A stretch of DNA of 64,000 nucleotides from Oceanispirochaeta sp. (GCA_963666275.2 CAXXOA010000001.1:416001-480000), one strand, 5' to 3'. Positions 51,945 through 61,983 are shown, numbered from the stretch's first letter. Program-made: numbers and translations. The notes: generated by a model not told the origin, from the letters alone.

Positions 51945-54668
51945 ATGGGAAATGTCAACTTGAGGATTGATGGGAAGAATATCACTGCCAGGGAGGGATC
52001 CTCCGTTCTGGAAACCGCCCGGGAAAACGGCATAGATATACCCTCTCTCTGTTTTATGAAGGAACTGATCCCATCCGGTTCCTGCCGCATGTGCGTGGTT
52101 CAGGTCAAAGGGATGGCCGCCTACAAAAGCGCCTGTACCCTGGAGGTCCGGGAGGGGATGGACATTACCACTGCATCCCCGGAGATTGATAAAGTCCGCC
52201 GTACAAATCTGGAACTCCTCTTGTGGGATCATGATTATGACTGCTCTGTCTGCCATCAGAACGGTGAATGCCGCCTGCAGGATCTGGGATACCGCTATCA
52301 GATCGGGATAAAACTCAACAGGCGCCTCGACCAGGGAGATCATGACCATCATGGCAGGCCCGACGGGTCCTCTCCTGTTCTGATTTTCCGGCCCGATAAA
52401 TGCATCCGCTGCGGTATCTGCATCGGTTCCTGCCGGGATCTGCAGGGAAAAGGCGTTCTGGATTTTGTCGAGCGGGGGATGGAGGCCTATCCCTCTCCCG
52501 AATATGTCCGATGGAAAGACTCCTCCTGCGACGGCTGCGGTGAGTGTGTCCAGAACTGTCCCACCGGGGCTCTCAGGGAGAAAGCTCTGAACGGACAGTA
52601 CCGAAAGATGGATCTGGACAGGATTATCCGGACGACCTGCGGCTACTGCGGTGTGGGATGTCAGATGGATCTCTGGATAAAGGATAACCGGGTTGTCAGA
52701 ATCCGGGGAGCCGAAAAAGAGACTCTGCCCAACCGGGGCCGTCTCTGTGTGAAAGGGCGCTTCGGCTACGAGTTTCTGAGCAGCCCCGACAGGCTTACAG
52801 CCCCTCTCATCAGAGAAGGGGAGGGGTTCCGTAAGGCCTCCTGGGAAGAGGCTCTTACTCTGGCTGCAGAAAAATTCACTGCCATTAAAAAGGAGTCGGG
52901 CCCCCGGGCCCTGGCAGGGCTGTCTTCCGCCCGGTGCACCAATGAAGAAAACTATCTTTTTCAGAAATTCATCCGCTCCTGCTTTGGTACCAATGCGGTG
53001 GACCACTGCGCCAGGCTCTGCCATGCCCCTACAGTGGCCGGCCTGGTGGGAGCTTTCGGATCCGGGGCCATGACCAACCCCATCGGCGATCTGGCCGGAG
53101 CCGACTGTATCCTCATAACAGGGGCCAATGTTTCGGAAACCCATCCCGTCACAGCCACCTACATCCGGAACGCCCGGGACAGGGGAGCCCGGATCATTGT
53201 GATCGATCCCAGAAAGATCGACCTGGCCAGGCGGGCGGATCTGCATCTGCAGCAGAAACCGGGAACCGATGTGGCCTGGATTAACGGGCTGATCCATATC
53301 ATCCTGAAAGAGGGATGGGCGGATAGGCAGTTCATAAAGGACCGGACCGAGAACATGGAAGCTCTTGAAAAATCCGTAGAGCCCTTCACGCCGGAACGGG
53401 TGGAGGCCATAAGCGGCATTCCCGCAGAGGATTTGAGAAGGGCTGCTGAAATCTATGCGTGCAGTGAAAAATCGGCCATTGTCTTTGCCATGGGGATCAC
53501 ACAGCATACTACAGGAACAGACAATGTACTCTCCCTGGCCAATCTGGCCATGCTCTGCGGTCAGGTGGGCCGGGAGTCTACCGGTGTAAATCCTCTGAGA
53601 GGGCAGAACAATGTGCAGGGAGCCTGTGATCTGGGAGCCCTCCCCAATGTCTATCCGGGGTATCAGAAAGTGGACAGTCCGGAGATCCGGGATAAATTCC
53701 ACCGGGCCTGGGCGGTCGACTCCCTTTCGGATCAGCCGGGGCTGACTGTGGTGGAAATGATGAGAGCCGCTCATAAAGGGGAGCTCCGGGGGATGTATAT
53801 CATGGGTGAGAATCCCATGCTTTCCGACCCCAATCTCTCCCATGTGGAAGAGTCTCTGAAAAACCTGGATTTTCTGGTTGTTCAGGATATATTCCTGACC
53901 GAAACCGCCCGGCTTGCGGATATTGTCCTTCCCGCTGCGGCGTTTGCCGAAAAAGAAGGGACATTTACCAACTCGGGCCGCCGGATTCAGAGGGTCCGCA
54001 AAGGGGTGGAGCCCCCCGGAGAGGCCCGGGAGGACGGGCATATCATCTGTGACCTTGCCGGCAGGATGGGATTTCCCATGGCCTATGATTCGGCGGCATC
54101 CGTCATGGACGAGATCGCATCACTGACTCCCCAGTACGGAGGCATCTCCTACCGGAGACTGGATGGTGAGGGCCTTCAGTGGCCCTGTCCCGATCCTGAC
54201 CATCCGGGGACGCCGGTCCTTCACCAAGGGACATTCACCAGAGGCCGGGGCAGGTTCCATCCCGTGGATTTTATCCCTCCCGCGGAGCTGCCTGACCGGG
54301 AGTTTCCGCTTGTTCTCACCACCGGCCGGATGCTCTACCATTACCATACAGGAACCATGACAAGGCGTTCGGCCCCCCTGAATACCTTTGCTCCCGGAGC
54401 CTATGCGGAAGTTCATCCTTCCGATCTGGAGGCTCTGGGGATCCGGAACGGAGACGTTCTGGGGCTGCGGACCCGGCGGGGCAGAATCTCCGTTCCCGCC
54501 AGGGCCAGTGACAGGGTGGCTCCCGGAGTGGTCTTTGTGCCCTTCCATTTTGCCGAGTCTCCGGCCAATGCCCTGACAAACGATGAACTGGATCCGAAAT
54601 CCAAAATCCCGGAGCTGAAGGTCGCTGCCTGCAGGATCGAGAAAATGAACAATCCCGGGGTCAAATAA
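51945..54668 (+). CDS. fdhF: Formate dehydrogenase alpha subunit (Mo/W-bisPGD, Cys-type) with an N-terminal NuoG/HoxU-like Fe-S module
   Basis: 2Fe-2S GSCRMC, HxxxCxxCxxxxxC, two 4Fe-4S motifs, TTCGYCGVGC, LCVKG, active-site DHCARLCH, and LRGQNNVQGA. Confidence 0.92.
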   Translation: MGNVNLRIDGKNITAREGSSVLETARENGIDIPSLCFMKELIPSGSCRMCVVQVKGMAAYKSACTLEVREGMDITTASPEIDKVRRTNLELLLWDHDYDCSVCHQNGECRLQDLGYRYQIGIKLNRRLDQGDHDHHGRPDGSSPVLIFRPDKCIRCGICIGSCRDLQGKGVLDFVERGMEAYPSPEYVRWKDSSCDGCGECVQNCPTGALREKALNGQYRKMDLDRIIRTTCGYCGVGCQMDLWIKDNRVVRIRGAEKETLPNRGRLCVKGRFGYEFLSSPDRLTAPLIREGEGFRKASWEEALTLAAEKFTAIKKESGPRALAGLSSARCTNEENYLFQKFIRSCFGTNAVDHCARLCHAPTVAGLVGAFGSGAMTNPIGDLAGADCILITGANVSETHPVTATYIRNARDRGARIIVIDPRKIDLARRADLHLQQKPGTDVAWINGLIHIILKEGWADRQFIKDRTENMEALEKSVEPFTPERVEAISGIPAEDLRRAAEIYACSEKSAIVFAMGITQHTTGTDNVLSLANLAMLCGQVGRESTGVNPLRGQNNVQGACDLGALPNVYPGYQKVDSPEIRDKFHRAWAVDSLSDQPGLTVVEMMRAAHKGELRGMYIMGENPMLSDPNLSHVEESLKNLDFLVVQDIFLTETARLADIVLPAAAFAEKEGTFTNSGRRIQRVRKGVEPPGEAREDGHIICDLAGRMGFPMAYDSAASVMDEIASLTPQYGGISYRRLDGEGLQWPCPDPDHPGTPVLHQGTFTRGRGRFHPVDFIPPAELPDREFPLVLTTGRMLYHYHTGTMTRRSAPLNTFAPGAYAEVHPSDLEALGIRNGDVLGLRTRRGRISVPARASDRVAPGVVFVPFHFAESPANALTNDELDPKSKIPELKVAACRIEKMNNPGVK

Positions 54669-54873
54669 GGTTCCCGTAGACCGGTACTCAAAGGGCTGCG
54701 GTTTCTCCGATTTTTCTTCTGGGAAAAAATCTCCATATCCGGTACTCTTAGGGGAGTCTGAAATTCAAAAAAATCTCAGATCTGCAATTTGAATACACCT
54801 GCCATCAGGCCGTCGGGATCTGCCCCGGGAGAGCTTTTTTCAGTGGATGATAGCAGAGGCGAGGGGAAAGTCT

Positions 54874-55626
54874 ATGAGCCAGAAAATTGAGAAAGCCGTA
54901 AAGATGATCAGAGAGGCAGAGAATATCCTTGTATTCACAGGGGCAGGAGTCAGTACGGCCAGCGGGATAGCCGACTTCAGAGGGCCCGACGGACTCTACA
55001 AATGGGCAGAAGAGAAATACTATCTCCCCTATCCGGAAGCCCTTTTTGATCTGAATTACTTTGCTGATGATCCCCGGCCATTTTTTGACCTGAGTAAGAA
55101 TCTTTTTCTTCTGGACAGTCAGCCCGGGAAATGCCATAAGCTGATCGCCCGGCTGGAAGATCTGGGTAAAGTGAATACAGTGGTTACCCAGAACATTGAT
55201 ATGCTCCATCAGAAAGCGGGGTCTCGCAATGTGGTGGCCTGTCATGGTTCCTACGAAAAAGCCCACTGTCTGGGCTGCCGGAAAAGTTACGAACTCCAGG
55301 ACATTGAAAAGGATATTCTGGAGGACCGCATACCCCGCTGCTCCTGCGGCGGTGTTATCAAACCGGATGTTGTCTTTTTCGGGGAGGCCCTGCCGCAGGA
55401 GTTCTATACCCTTATGGACAATCCTCCCGAAACAGACCTGGTTCTGATTCTGGGAACATCTCTCAAGGTGCAGCCGGCCGCCCAGTTCGCCCTGAATATG
55501 GCAGCCTCTCATCCGGCAATTCTGGTGAACCTGGTGGAAACGGGATACGAAGAAGCGATGGAACTTTTCCTTCCAATGAATCTGGAGTCCTTTGCAGAGG
55601 CTGTTTCAGAGGCTCTGGAGGAGTAG
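54874..55626 (+). CDS. NAD-dependent protein deacylase (sirtuin)
   Basis: TGAGVSTASGIADFRG, TQNID, CHGS, Zn motifs CxxC/CxC, KPDVVFFGE and GTSLKV. Confidence 0.93.
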   Translation: MSQKIEKAVKMIREAENILVFTGAGVSTASGIADFRGPDGLYKWAEEKYYLPYPEALFDLNYFADDPRPFFDLSKNLFLLDSQPGKCHKLIARLEDLGKVNTVVTQNIDMLHQKAGSRNVVACHGSYEKAHCLGCRKSYELQDIEKDILEDRIPRCSCGGVIKPDVVFFGEALPQEFYTLMDNPPETDLVLILGTSLKVQPAAQFALNMAASHPAILVNLVETGYEEAMELFLPMNLESFAEAVSEALEE

Positions 55627-56133
55627 GATCAGCTTTTCCGTCAGAAGGGCACTCTTCTCTCTGCGGGAAGGATCAATCTCAAAAAGTTCCGCCGAGGGCC
55701 ATCTGGCCAGAGCCTGATCAGTGAGCTCCGGACGGACCACTATGACAGAGAGCCGGTCTCTGCTCCGGTCCATCCTTTCCATACCTCCGGTCCATCCCCC
55801 GTTCTTTTTAAACTCCAGAATCCCCGCTTCATCCAGAATAAAGAGATCCGAAGGGGACGCCTTCTGAATCTGACGATTCCCCCATTCCAGTGTTTCAGGA
55901 CGGAAGTCCCAGCGGCGGGTTTTCAGATTACCTGTTGTGCCGGGATGATTGTATATAGCCAGTTCTCTCTCTGATTGCCCATCCAGGTCTCTGGCAGTGA
56001 GCCGGACTCCTCTTTCCGTGAGGGTCAGAATCCCGCAGACCGAATATCCCTCCTGTTCCGCCCGGGAGGCCAGATCCAGGCAGAAAGTTGTTTTTCCCGC
56101 TTCCCTGGGGCCAGTCAAAACGACCTGTTTCAA
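55606..56133 (-). CDS. P-loop NTPase (NTPase_1/DUF2478-like)
   Basis: Walker A GPREAGKTT and ILDEAG.LE...GGW. Overlaps the stop of the ABC ATPase gene. Confidence 0.75.
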   Translation of the reverse strand: MKQVVLTGPREAGKTTFCLDLASRAEQEGYSVCGILTLTERGVRLTARDLDGQSERELAIYNHPGTTGNLKTRRWDFRPETLEWGNRQIQKASPSDLFILDEAGILEFKKNGGWTGGMERMDRSRDRLSVIVVRPELTDQALARWPSAELFEIDPSRREKSALLTEKLILLLQSL

Positions 56134-56924
56134 TTCTCCTCATCTCCCCAGATCAGGACTCTCCGTCCCTCCGACTCGGTGATTCTTACCGGAACCTGAT
56201 AGAGCCGGGACAGGTTGGTCTGGTTCAGCACATCCGATGCCCTGCCTGTCTGGACAACCGATCCCTTTTTGAGCAGAACCGCATGATCCGCCAGACGCAG
56301 AACCAGTTCGGGATCGTGGGAGGTGAAAAAGAGGGAGATCCCCCGGGTTCTCAGTTTTTTCAGAATCCTCAGAATCTTCTCTTTGTTGTGAAGATCCAGA
56401 TGGGAGGCCGGTTCATCCAGGAGCAGAAGCCGGGGCTGCTGGGTGAGAGCCCGGGCCAGCAGGACCAGCTGCCTTTCGCCGCCGCTGAGCCGGGACACTG
56501 TCCGTCCCGCCAGATCAGAGATTCCTGTCTCTTCCAGGGAGGTCATGGCTATCTCTCTGTCTTTCCGCCCCGGATTTCCCAGGGGAGGAAGGTAGGGGGC
56601 TCTTCCCAGAAGGATGTACTCCATGACCGAGTACTCAAAGGGAATCTTCTCATCCTGGGGAACCAGCGCCATAAAGCGTCCTCTCGCTCTGTTTCCCCAT
56701 TTTTCCAGTGCCTTCCCCTCAAGATAGACCTCTCCCTTCCGGGGAGCGCGCCAGCCCAGAGATATGTCCATTATGGTTGTTTTGCCCGCACCATTGGGAC
56801 CCAGCAGGGCTGTGGCACTGCCCGAAGGGACCTGAAAATTCAGACTCTCGAAGAGAGTGTGTTCCTGATCCTGCCAGCGGAAGGTTATGTCACGGAATTC
56901 CAGTATGCCCCGCTCTGTTTTCAT
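56130..56924 (-). CDS. ABC transporter ATP-binding protein (FepC/BtuD/MolC type)
   Basis: GPNGAGKTT, VPQ, LSGGERQ, LDEPASHLD and SHD motifs. Confidence 0.93.
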   Translation of the reverse strand: MKTERGILEFRDITFRWQDQEHTLFESLNFQVPSGSATALLGPNGAGKTTIMDISLGWRAPRKGEVYLEGKALEKWGNRARGRFMALVPQDEKIPFEYSVMEYILLGRAPYLPPLGNPGRKDREIAMTSLEETGISDLAGRTVSRLSGGERQLVLLARALTQQPRLLLLDEPASHLDLHNKEKILRILKKLRTRGISLFFTSHDPELVLRLADHAVLLKKGSVVQTGRASDVLNQTNLSRLYQVPVRITESEGRRVLIWGDEEN

Positions 56925-57919
56925 ATGTGCCTCGTCAGGGGGGAGTGGATCATGAGAATCATAAAGATGAGGGCTCCTGCCAGGGAGGTCAGGATCCCCA
57001 GAGGGATCTCACCGGAGCTGACAGTCCTGGCCAGGTCATCACTGATCAGGGTGAACAGACTTCCTGTCAGCAGGGCCGTGGGAACCGCCCTGGCTGTGTC
57101 GCTTCCCGCCAGCCGTCTGGCTATATGGGGAACGATCAGACCAATCCAGCCTATGATGCCGCAGTAGGCGACGATCGTAGCACTTATCATAACCGCTGCC
57201 AGAAGAAACAGATTTTTTTCCAGTACGGGAGATATGCCCAGAGAGTGGGCTGTTCTATCCCCCATGGAGAGGAGATTCAGCCTCCAGCGGAACAGATAAA
57301 GCAGTCCTGTCAGAGGAAGGGAGAGGGGGAGGATTATTTTCAGTTCGGGCCAGCCGATGCCTGTGAGTCCTCCCAGCATCCAGAAGGTGATCTCCTGAAG
57401 CTGACTTCGCGGATCTGCCAGGTATTTCAGAATTCCCAGGCCCGAGGAGAACAGGGCGGATATGATAATTCCCGCCAGAATCAGCCGGATGATCCATCCT
57501 CCGTAGCGGATGGCCCGGGCCAGAAATCCTGTGAGCATCAGGGCGGCAAAGGCAAAAATCCCCGCTGACAGAGGGACCGCCAGAGGAAAGGAAATATTCA
57601 GGATAATCATCAGGGCAGCGCCGAAGGCTGCTCCCTGGGAGACTCCCAGAAATCCCGGTTCCACCAGGGGGTTTCCCAGAATGGTCTGAAATACCAGGCC
57701 CGCCAGAGCCAGGGTACTCCCCAGAAGGAGGGCCGTAATCACCCTGGGCAGCCGCAGATTGATCAGAATGTTCCGGCCCACAGGATCACCCAGCATTTCT
57801 GCGGGCCCTGTAAAACCGGGCGTGGGGTATCGCCCCAGAAGGAGGGATCCCAGGCTTAGCAGAATCAGCAGAATGAGCAGCAGTATGTTTACAGAACCTG
57901 GTCGCCCCCGATTTATCAC
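56921..57919 (-). CDS. FecCD-family ABC permease
   Basis: LRLPR, FQ....NPLV.P..LGVS.GA, GLIVPH.AR and EIPLG motifs. Confidence 0.93.
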   Translation of the reverse strand: MINRGRPGSVNILLLILLILLSLGSLLLGRYPTPGFTGPAEMLGDPVGRNILINLRLPRVITALLLGSTLALAGLVFQTILGNPLVEPGFLGVSQGAAFGAALMIILNISFPLAVPLSAGIFAFAALMLTGFLARAIRYGGWIIRLILAGIIISALFSSGLGILKYLADPRSQLQEITFWMLGGLTGIGWPELKIILPLSLPLTGLLYLFRWRLNLLSMGDRTAHSLGISPVLEKNLFLLAAVMISATIVAYCGIIGWIGLIVPHIARRLAGSDTARAVPTALLTGSLFTLISDDLARTVSSGEIPLGILTSLAGALIFMILMIHSPLTRHI

Positions 57920-57921
57920 AG

Positions 57922-59022
57922 TTACCTGAGTCCTTCCAGGACAGGTTCAATTCCCCTGTCATAGGAGGCGTCGTTCATATTGTAGAACTCTTTGAAAAAA
58001 GTTCTGGCTTCCCGGTCCATGTCCATGTCGGCAAAGGCTTCGCCATTCAGGGTTCCCGCCATCCACTGCAGTCCCAGAAGCCAGCGGGGATCGGGCTGAT
58101 CCCAGCTGTGATAGTCCATGGGAAAGGGATAGACTTCCCCGTTTCTGTAGGCGTTCAGTTCGTTCCAGTAGCCGCTGTTCTCCATCATTGTGAAAATCTC
58201 ATCATATCCGGTCCGGTAGGATATCAGAAATATCAGATCAGGATTCCAGGAGGCAATCTGTTCAAAGCTGACTTTTGTCCAGCGTTTTCCCAGATCCGCG
58301 TCTTTCCATACAGGCTCGGCTCCCGCCATTTCAAGCATGGTGGTCTGAATAAAAGTCAGAGGGGGTACCTGAAAGGCTCCGGTTCCGTCTTTTTCCGAGT
58401 AATAGAGGATCAGCGCCCGGTCTTCGTCCGCTGAAGCTGAGACCGCTTCTGTTACTCTGCTGATCCTCTCCTGAAACATCGTCCGAAGCTCTTCAGCCCT
58501 TTCCGGATTGCCGAACACCTCTCCCAGTGTGACCAGATCTTTGTCCCAGCCTTCGGGAGATTCCAGATTCAGATAGACCACGGGAATGCCCATTTTCTGG
58601 AATTCCTGATCATATTGACTGAAGAGAAAATCTTTCATAATCACAAGATCCGGCCTGGCAGCCAGAATCTCTTCCATATTGATCCGGCGGGAAAGGATCG
58701 TTTTCTGACCGTAAAGTTCATCCACATGAGGAAGAAAATAACCGCGCCCCTGATTGCTGTCGGCAATGGCGGCCACCCGCTCTGCCGCTTCGGGAAAGAG
58801 GAAAAGGGCATCATTGATAATAAAGGCGGATGATCCGGCCTGAACAATCCTCCGGGGAGGTTCCTTCAGGGTGACTTCCCTGCCCAGGGCATCGACAATT
58901 GTCAGGGAAGTATCAGGAGTAACAGCCGCAGGTTCAGGAGAGGAAGCTTCCTGAGAGCCTCCCGACCACAGACAGATATTGACCAGCAGAACTGGCAGAA
59001 TGAGGAAATTTTTGATTTTCAT
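57922..59022 (-). CDS. Periplasmic binding protein, iron-chelate/cobalamin/molybdate (class III) type
   Basis: Signal peptide ending in GGSQE, VDALGREVTL..PP.RIV, EEILAARPDLVI, EQIASWNPD and WDQP. ATG 59022 is preferred. Confidence 0.88.
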   Translation of the reverse strand: MKIKNFLILPVLLVNICLWSGGSQEASSPEPAAVTPDTSLTIVDALGREVTLKEPPRRIVQAGSSAFIINDALFLFPEAAERVAAIADSNQGRGYFLPHVDELYGQKTILSRRINMEEILAARPDLVIMKDFLFSQYDQEFQKMGIPVVYLNLESPEGWDKDLVTLGEVFGNPERAEELRTMFQERISRVTEAVSASADEDRALILYYSEKDGTGAFQVPPLTFIQTTMLEMAGAEPVWKDADLGKRWTKVSFEQIASWNPDLIFLISYRTGYDEIFTMMENSGYWNELNAYRNGEVYPFPMDYHSWDQPDPRWLLGLQWMAGTLNGEAFADMDMDREARTFFKEFYNMNDASYDRGIEPVLEGLR

Positions 59023-59143
59023 CAGAAAAGAATAGCCACTACAGGGGGGATTGTAAATAGAAGAAAAAAATGGACAGACAACTTTTATTCTCTGATCCAT
59101 CCTCTCCCGGAAGAGCCCTGATCTGGAAGAAAGCTTAAGAGAT

Positions 59144-59175
59144 AAAAAAAGGGATTCCCCGGCAGGAATCCCTCT
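59144..59175 (-). terminator. Rho-independent terminator of the PDH operon
   Basis: Minus strand reads AGGGATTCC-TGCCGG-GGAATCCC followed by T7. Confidence 0.85.
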
Positions 59176-59180
59176 GTGAA

Positions 59181-60593
59181 TTATTTTTTGGGAGGCATCA
59201 GGTCCGTGATGGTTCCTTCCGCCATTTCCGCGGCCAGAGCGAAGGTTTCCGCCAGGGTGGGGTGGGCATGGATGGTCAGAGATACATCTTCCAGATCGCT
59301 TCCCATTTCCACTGCCAGGCTTGCTTCGGCAATGAGTTCTCCCGCATTATTTCCTGTGATTCCCGCTCCCAGAACCCGTTTGGTTTCAGGATCGTAGAGG
59401 ACTTTGGTCATACCCTCATTCCGGCCGTTGCTCAGAGAGCGTCCGCTGGCGGCCCAGGGGAACACTCCCTTCTCATAAGCGATACCCCGCTGGGCCGCCT
59501 CTTTTTCGGTCAGTCCGGTCCAGGCAATTTCCGGATCCGTATAGGCCACGCTGGGAATGCAGCTGGGAGAGAATTCCGCAGGCTCTCCCGCAATCACTTC
59601 GGCCGCCACTTTTCCCTCGCTCACAGCTTTATGGGCCAGCATGGGCTGACCTGTCACATCTCCGATGGCATAAATGTGGGGAACCGAGGTCTGTCTCTTT
59701 TCGTTGACAGCTATAAAGCCCCGTTCATCCGCAGAAAGTCCCAGGGCATCCAGGCCGATCTCTTCGGTATTGGGTTTCCGTCCTATACTGACAAGAATCC
59801 TGTCGAAGAGTTCCTGCTCGGGGGCTTTCTTTCCTTCAAAACTCACAAGAATCCCTTCTGACTGGGCTTCCACTTTTGTCACCTTGGTGGAGGTGTAGAC
59901 TTTCTTCACTCTTTTTGTGAGCATTCTGGTCAGGGGTTTTACAAGATCCTCATCCGCCGGGGGAATCAGCTGGTCCATAAGCTCCACCACTGTCACTTCC
60001 GAGCCGAAAGCGCTGTAGACCGTGGCCATCTCCAGGCCGATAATTCCTCCTCCCACTATAAGGAGTTTTGCCGGGATTTCATCCAGTCCCAGGGCATCGG
60101 TAGAATCCATGACCCGGGGGTCGTCAAAGGGAAACATGGGCAGCTGAAATACCCGGGAACCCGACGCGATGATCGCATTTTTAAAGGTGATAACCGCTTC
60201 CTCTTCTCCGCTGGTTTCCAGGGTGTTGGGGCCTGTGAACTTTCCCGTTCCTCTGACAACCTGAACCTTTCTCTGTTTTGCCAGTGCACCCAGCCCTTTG
60301 GTCAGGGAACCTACCACTTTATCCCGATGCCCCCGGATTCCCTCCAGGTCGAGTTTCGGTTTTTCATAGGTGATTCCGAACTTTCCCGCCTCATCGGCTT
60401 CACTGATGATGGAAGCCAGGTGGAGCAGAGATTTGGAGGGGATGCATCCTTCGTTCAGACAGACCCCCCCGAGGGTGTCTCTTTTTTCTACAAGTGCCAC
60501 ACTCTGTCCCAGGTCCGCCGCTCGGAACGCTGCTGTGTAGCCGCCGGGGCCGCCTCCCAGAACCAGGGTATCTATATTGATTGTTTCAGCCAT
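59181..60593 (-). CDS. lpdA: Dihydrolipoyl dehydrogenase (E3)
   Basis: GGGPGG, GGVCLNEGCIPSK, GGGIIGLE and HAHPT motifs. Confidence 0.96.
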   Translation of the reverse strand: MAETINIDTLVLGGGPGGYTAAFRAADLGQSVALVEKRDTLGGVCLNEGCIPSKSLLHLASIISEADEAGKFGITYEKPKLDLEGIRGHRDKVVGSLTKGLGALAKQRKVQVVRGTGKFTGPNTLETSGEEEAVITFKNAIIASGSRVFQLPMFPFDDPRVMDSTDALGLDEIPAKLLIVGGGIIGLEMATVYSAFGSEVTVVELMDQLIPPADEDLVKPLTRMLTKRVKKVYTSTKVTKVEAQSEGILVSFEGKKAPEQELFDRILVSIGRKPNTEEIGLDALGLSADERGFIAVNEKRQTSVPHIYAIGDVTGQPMLAHKAVSEGKVAAEVIAGEPAEFSPSCIPSVAYTDPEIAWTGLTEKEAAQRGIAYEKGVFPWAASGRSLSNGRNEGMTKVLYDPETKRVLGAGITGNNAGELIAEASLAVEMGSDLEDVSLTIHAHPTLAETFALAAEMAEGTITDLMPPKK

Positions 60594-60675
60594 TATTACT
60601 CCTCGTGGTCCGGTCCGGCGAATCCAATGACATTGTGAATCCTCCAGACCGGCTATTCATTATTTTCCGGGCCTA

Positions 60676-61983
60676 TTATAGCAGGATTTTTTTCATATCT
60701 TCCAGCAACTCGGCCAGGTATCTGGTGAACCGCGCCGCCAGAGCTCCGTCGATGACCCGGTGGTCATAGGATAGACTCAGGGGCAGCATCAGCCGGGGAA
60801 CGAATTCCCCGTCCTCCCAGACGGGCTGCATACTGGAACGGGACAGTCCCAGGATCGCCACTTCCGGAGGATTTATGATCGGAGTAAAAGCCGTTCCCCC
60901 GATACCGCCCAGGTTGGAGATGGATATCCCCGCGCCCTGAAGATCCTTCGGAGAGAGTTTCCCGTCCCGGCCTTTTCCCGCCAGGTCTGTAATATCCTGA
61001 ACAATTTCAGTGAGAGTTTTCTTATCCACATCTTTGATCACAGGGACCAGAAGGCCCTGAGGTGTATCCACGGCAATCCCGATATTGTAATACTTTCTTA
61101 TCAGAAGGGTTCCCGAAGGCCCGTCCAGGACAGAATTGAACCGGGGGAATTCCTCCACCGCCTTATAGAGGGCTTTCACCACAAAAGCCAGAGCACTGAA
61201 TTTGACGCCGTGGATCCCTTTGTTATTCAGCTCTTTACGCCAGGTTTCCAGGTTGGTTATATCGGCCTGATCAAAATGGGTGACATGGGGTATGTTGACC
61301 CAGCTGGCATGGAGATGGGGACCCGAGATTTTCTGTATCCTTGTGAGTTCCACCTCTTCCACCGGTCCGAACTGGGAGGGATCGGACTGGGGCAGGGAAG
61401 GCAGGCCTGAAATACCGCCTGTCTGACCGGGGTTCTGAAGAACCTTTTTAATATAGTTCTGAACATCCTCTTTTTTTATCCGCCCCTTGGGGCCGGTCCC
61501 TTTCACCTGTCTCAGATCCGCGCCCAGTTCCCGGGCAAAGTGTCTGACCGAGGGGCTGGCGTGGGGCATTTTCCCTTTAGGCCTTTCCGGCGCCGGAGCA
61601 GGGGGGGGAGAGGAGGGAGCCGGCTTTTCCTTTTGGGGAGCGGGCTGTTCGGATTTAACCTCTTCCGCCGGCTTCGTCTCTTCTGCCGCGGGAGGGGTTT
61701 TCTCTTCAGCAGCCGGGGCTTTCTCCTCAGCTGAGGCTCCCTCTTCCGCTTCGGCGGTGGCAATCAGATCCCCTGTCTTCAGTTCATCCCCTTCCGCTGC
61801 CTTTATCTCTTTGATAACACAGTCAAAGGGGGCCGGGATCTCCATCACAGCCTTATCGCTTTCCAGAGCCAGGAGGGGCTCCTCTTTCTTTACACTCTGA
61901 CCGGGGGTCACAAATATTTCCGCTACAGGAATTGCATCGGAGGTTCCCAGATCAGGGACTAGTATGTCTTTTAATGCAGCCAT
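60676..61983 (-). CDS. aceF: Dihydrolipoamide acetyltransferase (E2), single lipoyl domain
   Basis: Lipoyl motif ESDKA, E3-binding ASPSVR...GTGPKGRI, and catalytic DHRVIDG. Confidence 0.94.
   Translation of the reverse strand: MAALKDILVPDLGTSDAIPVAEIFVTPGQSVKKEEPLLALESDKAVMEIPAPFDCVIKEIKAAEGDELKTGDLIATAEAEEGASAEEKAPAAEEKTPPAAEETKPAEEVKSEQPAPQKEKPAPSSPPPAPAPERPKGKMPHASPSVRHFARELGADLRQVKGTGPKGRIKKEDVQNYIKKVLQNPGQTGGISGLPSLPQSDPSQFGPVEEVELTRIQKISGPHLHASWVNIPHVTHFDQADITNLETWRKELNNKGIHGVKFSALAFVVKALYKAVEEFPRFNSVLDGPSGTLLIRKYYNIGIAVDTPQGLLVPVIKDVDKKTLTEIVQDITDLAGKGRDGKLSPKDLQGAGISISNLGGIGGTAFTPIINPPEVAILGLSRSSMQPVWEDGEFVPRLMLPLSLSYDHRVIDGALAARFTRYLAELLEDMKKILL

Noticed and set aside
53000..53030. 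Selenocysteine in the FDH active site
   Set aside because: The codon is TGC (Cys) in ARLCH and there is no in-frame TGA.
51879..54041. 720-aa antisense ORF
   Set aside because: Shadow frame of the FDH gene with no motifs; long antisense ORFs are common throughout this window.
55606..55626. 21-bp convergent overlap of the sirtuin and NTPase genes as a sirtuin-NTPase defence system
   Set aside because: The sirtuin is a canonical Zn-binding deacylase on the opposite strand, and the NTPase belongs to the ABC operon.
59023..59143. Cobalamin riboswitch upstream of the FecCD ABC operon
   Set aside because: The region is too short, lacks the GGGAA/GCCCCCGC/GCCACTG-type conserved set, and a promoter sits directly before the ATG.
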